Origin: Eimeria praecox
Lineage: Eukaryota
Direction of reading: 5' to 3'
Length of the DNA: 64,000 nucleotides
Assembly: GCA_963920595.1 (NCBI GenBank)
Contig: OY986947.1
Location: forward strand, 4,650,001-4,714,000
The notes beneath the pieces are model-generated. The model saw only the letters and a list, made by a program, of their open reading frames with translations, made no database searches and was not told where the DNA came from. This document shows positions 28,248 through 37,902 of the stretch, one piece after another; the first letter of the stretch is position 1, and each line of letters begins with the position of its first letter. A program made the translations under genes and the position numbers.

Positions 28248-30788
28248 AATTCAGGGGAAGGATCGCCGTTTTAGGGGGAGATAGACAGTTTTGTTTCTGT
28301 TTTCTTATTTTGTCGGGCCTGAAGTGTGTGAGGGTTTAGGGTTTAGGGTTTAGGGTTTAGGGTTTATGGTTTTTGATTGTTTGTTGTTTGTAGGTAGTGC
28401 GAGATGTTGCACGTTATACGGCAGCAGCCGAGATAGAGGCAGATATTTTAAGGAAGTTAAATCGAAGAGATTATAGAGGAGATTCAGGATGTGTTTGTTT
28501 ATTAGATGCATTTATGTATCATCAACGGCATATGTGTTTAGTATTTGAGTGTCTAGGGAAAAGTCTTTATGACGTGTTATCAGCAAATAAATATAGAGGA
28601 TTCTATCTTCAAGATATTATACAAGTTGCTAAACAAGGATTACAAGCACTTGCTTTCATGCGAGAATGTAAACTCGCACACACAGATCTCAAGGTATGCA
28701 TGCATGCATGCATGCATGCATGCATGCAGAGTTGCAGACGTGCATGCAGAGATGCATGTATGCATTTATATAGATATGCATGTATGTATATAGATATATA
28801 TGCATGTATATAGATATACATGCAAGTATACAGATATACATGTATGTATATAGATATACATGCATGTATATAGATATACATGCATGCATACAAATATGCA
28901 TGCATGCGCTTGTGCATGCATATATGATTTCTTGTTGAAAGTGTTGTTTCAGGATTCTACCGTTCGCGCGTTCATGGCGTGTTGAGATATTGTAGCAGCA
29001 AACAGAGGGAATGCCAGGGGCAGCTAGGGTTTAGGGTCTAGGGTTTAGGGTTTAGGGTTTGTGTATTTGCTTCGCTGCAGCCCGAGAACATTTTGCTGCA
29101 AGGGGAGAAGATGTTTGAAACACGAGCCCCGCGGGTACGTCAATTTTTTGGTGTTGTTGTACAGCAGTAGATTCTGAATGTATTTCTATATATATAATAA
29201 AATAATATAAATGTAGGAAATAATACTTTATTATATTGTATTGTACACAAAGTATTATGTTCATAGAAGGCTTTATGCAGGATGTTCCTCTCTGCATGCG
29301 CGTGTTGGGGTGTATGTCGAGGTAGTTGTATTGGTGTTTGTTTGGCGTCTGTAGTTATGAAATGATAGCAATAAACAGCTGAGTGTAGTGCTGCTGCATG
29401 GGGGATGTTGAGAACTATAAAGAAATAGATCTCGTGCTGCAGCATCACCTGCTTCCACAGTTTTCAACTAGCTGTTTGCGGTGTATGTACAGCCCTCGGA
29501 AGAAGATGATTGCTCGACGCCTTACCTTCGGCCGGCGAGCATGCAAGTTAAGATCATCGACTTTGGAAGCGCCACTTTTGAAGAGGATTATCATTCATCT
29601 CTCATTAACACCAGACAATACAGGGCGCCCGAGGTCATCCTTGGTAAGGGTGTTGTTGTTTCTGCTGCTGTTGTACAGATCTGCAGCAGCTGCTGCTACT
29701 CAAGGAGTAGCAGAAGCAGTTGCAGCAGATGCTGCTGCTGCTGCTGCTCTTGCTTCTGTTCTTTTGTCTGTATTTATATATTGGTGTGCGAGTGAGAATG
29801 CTGCTGCTTGTGATGGTGCGGTAAATGAGAGGCTAATGTTTTGATACTATTTCTTTTTCTATTTTTGTTTGTGTTTCTGTTTGTTTTGTGCTGTACAGAC
29901 ATTGGGTGGGATATGGCGAACGACATGTGGTCATTGGGGTGTATCCTGATGGAGTTATACACTGGCGATGTTTTGTTCCGAACACACGAGCATTTGGAGC
30001 ACTTGGCGATGATGGTAGGTCTTTATGTTTCCGTAGAGAGTCTGCGGTGTATGTGCTGCTTCTCGGGTGTATGTACGTACACCTGAGGGGGAATATGGGG
30101 CTGTTTTGCATGTGCATGCATGCACAGGAACGTATCGTGGAGCCCTTTCCAAAAGAAATGCTGCAGAAAGCACAAAAAGGAGCAGGCAAAGGATATCTAA
30201 CAACAGACAGCCGCGGAGTTCGCCTCAAATGGCCTGAAGGGGCTGCATCTGCAGGCAGCGTCAATCGAGTTAAGGATTGTGTACCTTTAGAGGTTGGTTC
30301 TTTTCTAGGGTTTAGGGTTTAGGGTTTAGGGTTTGGGGGTTACGGTAGGGTTTAGGGGTTAAGGCTGTCAGAATTTGTATGTAGTGCTCGCATTCTAGGG
30401 TGCTTTGTTCTGCTCTGTCATCGTTGCATTAAAAAGAGAAAGCACAGAATAGTATGTTTGGGTTTCGTGTGCTGGTTTGGCTGCTGATACACACTGTACG
30501 TACACCTCAATTTCGAGGTGTATATCTGTATACGTGGGCGATTTGCACTGTCGAAGAGGCTGACGGATTGTGTTGTTTTGAGCGCTGGGTTTTTGTTGTT
30601 GGGTATGAGGGATATTGTGTGCTGTTGTTGCTGTTGCTGCTGCTGCTGCTGCTGCTTCACAGGAGTTGGTGCTGCCGGAAGATCGCTTGTTGGCAGAGTT
30701 TGTGCGATATATTTTACAAATCGATCCGCGGAAACGACCAGACCCAAAGGAGGCGCTGCGACACCCGATCTTTTCAGTTGGAAAGTGA
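26234..30788 (+). CDS. CLK1: CLK/LAMMER serine/threonine kinase (CMGC) with RS/RD-rich N-terminus
   Basis: Exons 26234-27050, 27272-27993, 28394-28693, 29081-29134, 29493-29643, 29899-30014, 30128-30292, 30663-30788. Motifs LGDGTFGRV, VAIKVVR, HTDLKPENIL, DFGSA, NTRQYRAPE, DMWSLGCI, EHLAMM|ER. Confidence 0.93.
28695..28922. repeat. (TGCA)n plus 20-bp quasi-palindromic tandem TGCATGTATATAGATATACA in a CLK intron
   Basis: Visible directly after the HTDLK splice donor. Confidence 0.85.
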
Positions 30789-31892
30789 GGCGTTTTAGTT
30801 GCTGCAGCAGCTGGTGCTGCAGCTGCTGCAGCAGCAGCAGCAGCATACGAATTTGTTTCTGTTTTACGGAGCCGCAGTTCGCTGCAACTGGCAGCCTGCA
30901 GCATGCCACTTGACCAGCTTTGCATGCATGCATGCATGCATGCGTGTGAAAGCGGCGGCAGCCAAGGGGGGTATTCGAACTGAAAATAGCGAATATCTCG
31001 TGGCCTGTGCAATTGTGCTTTTGCTATCCCGTGTTCTGCTGAGTCGGTCAGCTAGGCGGAAAGTAATATAATTAGACAGACACCCGCAGCTGTAGCTGGT
31101 AGACGGATGTGCATGCACAAGGACGCCCAGTCCTTGCAGCAGCTGCCTGATCAGGCGTATTGTTGCAGCCGGGTTCGCTCGCTGCAGTTCAGACACTGAA
31201 ACGAATGGAATGCTTCGCGTGGCCTCTGTGTGGCTGGTGAACAATGCATGCATGCATTCATGCGTGCATGCATGCATCCATGCGTGCATGCATGCAACAG
31301 GCCTCCGTAAAACGAATTTCTCCTCCTTTGGGGTTGCAAAAGGAAAGGAGGTAGCGTAGGCTTGCGACTTTGAGGGGGACTTACGATTAGCATCCGAATG
31401 GACTAAATACCATGACTTGTCTATGAGTTTATTCATTTATCTTTCGTCTTCGCGAAATGCGTATACAGCAATATCATAGCAGACAGTTCAACAAAGCTGT
31501 TCAGAAAGCAGGCGACACTGCCGCACGGCGCCAATTTCCCATAGATCGGAGCATATGAATAGGCACAGAGGACATAAATATCATTGTTTTGTAGCTTCGT
31601 TACACCTAAATCAACTAGGGAAGTCGCAAAAGCCTACAATCCCATGACTCCCGCCTCTGCAGGCTTTCAAAAGTTGAATTGAAGGATCCAGCATATGCAG
31701 GCTTCCGAGCGCCTCTGCCGGAATATTAGAGAAAGCAACAGGGCAGGAGTTACTTTTACAACATGCATTTCGTCTAAACGAGGCCTTAGAGGGAAGCGGA
31801 AGTACCTACGAGAATTTCATGAAGTGCCTGTAGTCAAGCTCTTTGAAAGCAAATGGGTTGTTTTGCAAAGTCAGCGTCGAGAGTCGGCGTGT

Positions 31893-31971
<79 letters not shown>

Positions 31972-33047
31972 TCACCTAATATATATGTATGTGCGAACTG
32001 TGCAACTATGCGGAGGCACGCATTCTACCGGCTCTCCTCTGAAATTGCAGTTCGTTGGTGAACTAGGCAGCGAAATTGGCGAGTTATGGCTGATTATGTA
32101 TTGATGGAGTTCAGTGCATAAGCTAGTATTTTTCAGAGATCAACCGCAGGCTGAAGCCCGCATAGTCTGGCCATCAGCTTGCACTGAATTAGAGGAATAT
32201 TTCTCTATCTGATGATTCCCTTCATTGCAATCAGATCAGAAACAGCAAGCAGGTTACATAGCCTCTAACGACAAAGCAGAAGACTGTTGCGCTGCGGACT
32301 TTTAGTTGGGTATTATATCTATTCTAGCCAGATGTAGCTTCCGTTGCTCTGTGCCTTCAATACGCTGATCACTGCACATACGCTGATCGTTGCTCATTTC
32401 GCTGTAAGGCCGGTAATCCGCAGACAGCCCTCCTTTTGCTTGACAAGAAACATAATCTCTAATCCTAGTGTGAGGCTTTGGAGGTTACAGAGTGAATACC
32501 AGGAGAAATAAACAAGGAACACAGTAATGCATGACTAGCAGGACATGAAGAGAGGCCCCTTCCTCACCACAAGTCTCGAAGCATGTACCCACCTGGGGGA
32601 TTTAGACTGGAAAGAGAAAAAAACTAGTAATTGTCTAGATATCATTACAAAACAATAGCGTTTTCGTTTTCCCAAAGTGGGGGGAGCCACGACCGGCCTG
32701 GCTTCCTGAGGTGACCTTCCGAATATTTCGAAGGACGTTGGGGCCCTGCGAACGCGATCAGGCTTCTCACGACTAACCAGAGTTTCTAAATCAGAAACGA
32801 CGGGTTAAAAGAAAAGTATTTAAGGACAAAAAGTCTAACTGCAGAAGTATTTGGCCGTGGGTGGACCGGAGTCGCCTGAGGACTTCGAGATTTGCAGCTG
32901 CGGCCAGCTTGCAAGCCGCTCGATGCTACTAACGAGCACGCCGTAAAAGTTTGACCAGCTTAGAATAGAAGAGCCTTTCAATTGTCTCTCTGTCTTCTGG
33001 CGCATGAAGGGCAACACGTAGCACGAAAACAACTGAATGTTGAGGGG

Positions 33048-34528
33048 ATGTCCTCGATAGCCGCAGAGCATTCGCCCACCATGGGCAGAGAGCCCCTTCC
33101 GACTCAAATGGAGGAGGCCGACCGTTACTTCTCGAGGCGTCGACAGCAGTATGAGGCTACAATAGCTGCGCAAAAGTCAGAAGCCATCCGGTCGCGTCCT
33201 GTGAGCGCCTCAGCAAGTCAGCACGGTACAGGAGAAGCCTCTAGTGTGCAAGATACTGCACAGAAAATGCAGTGTGTCGGTCCAGAAACTTTCCCCAGCC
33301 CTTTTCAGGAGGAGCTAGCTAAGGGATCCACGATCGCAAAGGAGTTCGTCAAGATGTTTACTCAGGCATGCCGCCCCATGGCACGCTTTTGCAATAAATG
33401 CTGGAGCTGTTTACTTTCCTTATTATTCAGACATACGATACCTTGCATGATCATTAGCAATGAGGCATAGACGCACAATACTTAAACTTTCATGCTGCTA
33501 AACCATATAGGACTTTCCTAGAAAACAGACATCTCACCTCTCAGGGTTACAGTTTACGCAGCATAAGCGATAAAAAGTTGAACATGTAAACATCCCATGC
33601 ACGCAGGCAGAGGACGAAATAGCCAGTCTAGCTGTGCATGAATCCGATGAGCTTCGCGAAATCATTGCCGCTCAAGCGCGGCGCATAGAGTCCTTGCAGG
33701 CTCTGCTGCAAACGCAGCACCAACAACTCCGGCAACAGGAAGCAGAGCTGCAGCAACAGAAGTCCGATCTCCTTCGCGCCTCTTCCGTTATACAAGAGCA
33801 GCAAAAGCAGCTAGACGAGCTAAGAGCAGAAGCAGCAGCTTCAGCGGCTACGCAAGAGGAGCAGAAAAATCTCCTCATGCAGCGTGAAGCTCGCACAGAA
33901 CAGCTGGAAGAACAGCTAGAACGGTGAGTAGATCGTTGCCCTAGCGGCACAGCAGACTAAAAGAAAATTCGCGGTTGGGAGGAAAGCACCTGCAGCATTA
34001 ATCGAATCGAATCTGGCTGCACATTTCGAATCATTTTTTTTACGCGGCACCTGCTAACCGTAGAGGCTATTACATGCAATAGACAATGATGGCACATGAT
34101 TGTTTTTGTCTTGATTATTTGATCTGTGCTGTTGCAGATCTCGTGCAAGAAGCAAGGAGGTCGTGGCCTTGAGGCAAAAGGACGTTGAGCAGCTGCAGCA
34201 ACTGCGGCGGCAACAAAACAGTCTGGCGAGGCACATTCGAGCAGAAAAGTCAATGGAAAATGCAGCGAAAGAGGCAGCAGCTGCTGCGCGACATGCTGCG
34301 GAACTGCGAAAGGTCACATCCCAAAGAGATGCTCTAGCAGCAGCAATCAAGAAGCAGTTTAAGTTAATAGAGGTTCTCAAGCAGCAGAAAGCCCATCTGG
34401 AGGCCGCACGTTGGCTTCAGTTCACAGAGGAGGAATTCCTCAAAGTCGTAGACGCAGAGGGGGCATTCGCGCAAGCGCAAGCAGAAGAGGAGAAGCAGCA
34501 ACAGCATCAACAACAAGAGTTGCAGTAG
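33048..34528 (+). CDS. TEX9: TEX9-like coiled-coil (basal body/cilium-associated) protein
   Basis: Exons 33048-(33225 or 33365), ~33607-33923, 34138-34528. The C-terminal KKQFKLIEVLKQQKAHLEAARWLQFTEEEFLK matches the conserved TEX9 tail as recalled (KKQxKLIDVLKRQKxHxEAAxxLxFTEEEF). Confidence 0.75.
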
Positions 34529-35662
34529 CTGCAGCAACTGCATGAGTTTATATCAGTAGGCGGCTCCATTGTTACAGCAGGAAGTGGTGTAACTGTAAAG
34601 AGGGGTTGCCTAACACTTCATCTTGTTTCTATCTGTATGCCTTGTCTGCAATCAAACGATGGAAAAGCCTTGGGATAAACCAGGGCAGCGGAATGTCTTT
34701 CGGTAGATCATCCTGATTTTACCTAAGCGTGCTCACCAACAGGTGGGATTTCATTTTTTATTTGTACTTTGAATAGCATTTGAACCCTTTTGTTTTTGCT
34801 TAAGCGTAAACCTGACAAGCCAGTGCGCGCCTGCAGCATCGATGATATCGGTGACCTGGAAGGCCAATCTAGTGTCTTGTCTAGGCGCTAGTATCCCGTA
34901 GCTTCGAAGAAAATCCTCGAATACACTAATTTATATCTGGCCACACAAGCGTTTACCGTTCGTTGCCTAGCGAAACTCCAACAGAGATGACCACTGGTTG
35001 TAGCCAGTCCAAGCGGTGCAGTGGTGCGAGTGAGTGGCGCCGGCGCTTTAAATGAGGCCTCATCGCGCTCACATTAATCTCTGCCTACACCCGTAAAACG
35101 CATTTCTAAGACTAAATATGAAGATGAATAATTGGAACAGTTTACCGGCGCTTGTGATCTAGCGGCAAGGAGAGGCCTAGGCGCCCGCTGGTCCGTCAAC
35201 CGCTATCATCAGCCCTCGCTGGCTGTGGCTTGTGGCTGCCAACCGTCCTCTGAGTTGGGCTGCGATTCTTTCACTCCTTGTGTGTTCAATAATTAAATAG
35301 TGTGTCATACATTTATAGCTTTTCGTGCTTAGGCGTTTCTCTTTCATACCTCAGCTTTGTAACCGAGAAGGGCCAGCAGGGTCACCCTCACGCTAGCCAT
35401 CATCTGCAGTGGACGGCGACACAGAAATTCTGATTTTCGGCAAGATGAAGGCCTGCTTTGGAACACTGTAAGCCCAGTTTTGGAAAATTCCGGAAATTGT
35501 GCAGATCAGGGGGCTTTCGTGTAACCATCCTCCCCTTTTTGGCTTTGCTTTCTGGTCGGGTGGATCTGCCATCTGTGTGCGGCTGTGTGTATATGGGTTT
35601 GTATCTGTGTGTGTATCTTCTCTCTTTTTCGTAGGCCCATTGAGTCTTTTTCTACTCCAAAG

Positions 35663-37138
35663 ATGCGTCGGTTCAACGCTGGGGCACTGAAGCCACTCGG
35701 TGCAGTCGCCACAGTCGTTGCAATCGCAGTTGTCCTTTGCTTCTGTGGACTCGCCACTCTGTCGCAAGAGGCTTTGGGTGCATATGGGCCTCGTCCGCAT
35801 CTTGGTGGTGGCTTGGGCGGGGGAGGCCGTGGGTTCGTCCCAGGAATGCGTGGCCCCATCCCCTATGGCTCAGGTATGCGCGTCCCCGGTAGGCTTGGCG
35901 GAGGAATGCGTAGCCCCATTCCCTATGGCCCAAATCCCCTTGGCGGCGGACGGTTAGGTGCAGGCGGTCTTGGCCACGGGTTGCGTGGCCCTGGCGGTCT
36001 AATGGCAGGAAGAGGCCCTGGCCCTGTCATGGGTGGCACTGGCCTTGGCGGACACATGGGCGCTCTTGGAGTCGGAGGGAACAGGCAATTTGACTACACT
36101 TCTGCTTTGCATTGGTCTAACTTTGGACCCTCGCACCAATACCCTTCTGTACCCATGGGAAACTTACACGGGCCCGTTGGAACGGGGCCTGCGGGAGAAG
36201 CGCCAAGTGGGGAAGAACCGAGTGGAGAAGCAGGAACGGAAGCAGGAACGGAAGAATCGGGTGAATCATCTAGCAATATGTTAAACTACATGACTCAGGA
36301 GGAAGGCGGGCTTTCGAATCAGCAGCCTTCAAGCGGCAACTCTTGGTTGCCAGAAGAGTCAGAAGGTTCCTCATCCAGTGAATCAGCTGTTGCCGAAGGC
36401 ATGGGCGTAGAGGACTACCAAGAGGAAAATGAAGTTGGCCACGAGGATGCAGAGCACCATGCAGAGTCCCCCAAACCCGCTGGCGACAACGAAAGTTTTT
36501 TGGCAAAGAGAGATGACAAGAAGGAACATGAGGAAAAAGAGGCAAACGAGGAGGAGCCATTAGAAGCTAGAAGGGAACAGCTACACCAAGAAGCGCTGGA
36601 AAACATACATGAAAAGAAAGAGGAGGCGAAGGAGGCGCTGCTGCAAAAGAAAGAGGAAGCAAAGGAGGCGCTGCTGGAAAAGAAGGAGGAAGCAAAGGAT
36701 AAACTAGCAAAGAAAGAAGAAGCAAAGAAGGAGCTGGCAAAGCAAGAGCTAGCAAAGAAAGAAGAAGCCAAGGAAGAGTTAGCAAAGAAAGAAGAAGCCA
36801 AGGAAGAGTTAGCAAAGAAAGAAGAGGCCAAGGAAGAGTTAGCAAAGAAAGAAGAAGCCAAGGAAGAGTTAGCAAAGAAAGAAGAAGCCAAGGAAGAGTT
36901 AGCAAAGAAAGAAGCAAAAGAAGAGCCGATAGAGAAAGAAAAGGGAGACAAAAAAGAGGCAGACGCAGCACTTGCGAAGCAAGAGGCAGACAATGAAGAG
37001 AAACCCAAAGAAAGTGAGGGAGAGGAGGAAGATGCACACGAAAATGGCACACACAAGTGGAAGTCACACAAAAGAGAGTCCCACGAGGAGGAGTCGCATA
37101 AAGAAGAATCGCATGAGGAGGAACACAAGACGGTGTGA
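35663..37138 (+). CDS. Intronless secreted protein: Gly-rich N-terminus, acidic linker, KKEEAKEELA repeats, ESHEEE tail
   Basis: Long ORF with first ATG at 35663 and hydrophobic leader AVATVVAIAVVLCFCGLATLSQEA. Confidence 0.85.
   Translation: MRRFNAGALKPLGAVATVVAIAVVLCFCGLATLSQEALGAYGPRPHLGGGLGGGGRGFVPGMRGPIPYGSGMRVPGRLGGGMRSPIPYGPNPLGGGRLGAGGLGHGLRGPGGLMAGRGPGPVMGGTGLGGHMGALGVGGNRQFDYTSALHWSNFGPSHQYPSVPMGNLHGPVGTGPAGEAPSGEEPSGEAGTEAGTEESGESSSNMLNYMTQEEGGLSNQQPSSGNSWLPEESEGSSSSESAVAEGMGVEDYQEENEVGHEDAEHHAESPKPAGDNESFLAKRDDKKEHEEKEANEEEPLEARREQLHQEALENIHEKKEEAKEALLQKKEEAKEALLEKKEEAKDKLAKKEEAKKELAKQELAKKEEAKEELAKKEEAKEELAKKEEAKEELAKKEEAKEELAKKEEAKEELAKKEAKEEPIEKEKGDKKEADAALAKQEADNEEKPKESEGEEEDAHENGTHKWKSHKRESHEEESHKEESHEEEHKTV
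36751..36910 (+). repeat. 30-bp coding tandem repeat (AKKEEAKEEL), five near-identical units
   Basis: AGCAAAGAAAGAAGAAGCCAAGGAAGAGTT repeated. Confidence 0.95.
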
Positions 37139-37902
37139 TAGCTGAACATCGAAATAAGAAGTAAAAAGCCTAAGAAAGGTACAATGGGAGAGAGACCTGG
37201 TCGTAGGACTGAAGGAAAAGAAGATCACTAGGGCTTGGTATCTAGTCCGGCGTGCGACTGGTGGATAATATTCGCCGTGCTCCTGTTCGGATCTGTTCAT
37301 TCATACGCTGGCTACGTCTTCACCTGAGAGGACGTCGTAGCATTGTGCGCTTCCCACTGGGCGAACGGCTTCGTCCTTACGAGACACTGCTAGGCTTTAT
37401 GTTCCCCTCAATTCTTTTTTGTAGGGAACTATAATGGCATGAATTAGACACCGCAGCGCTGGTTTACTTGGTCTTATGAGCATACGTCTGCTCTGCACAG
37501 CGTTTCAACTGAATATATCTTGCTAACGATACATACTGACTGCCCCACATGGCGGTTCAACTGAATATCTTAACTATTACCGATCTGCGATTCGGTTGAG
37601 CCTGTAGTACTGCGCAAGAGAATGTAGCGCAAGAGAATGTACCAAAAACCGCCTTAGTGGCGCAGCAAGTTTCCAGTTCAACTGGCTAGTCTGCATAGAA
37701 CAGAGTGCGCACACTTAAGGGAGCTTACGCGCTGCTGCCGCCTAAAGTGCGTTCGGGAAAATGCAAAGGTATTAGCGTACAGCAACATGAATCCCTGGCT
37801 GTTTTCGCCAGGGTAAGAGATGAATGGAACGCAGACAGAAAGATGGCAAGCTCAGATGGCTATGCAGCTTAAAACGCATGCGTATCAAGCATATATATAT
37901 GT

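Noticed and set aside
37503..37685. Short direct repeats (TTCAACTGAATAT twice, GCGCAAGAGAATGTA twice) between convergent genes
   Set aside because: Compatible with small local duplications; no evidence of function.
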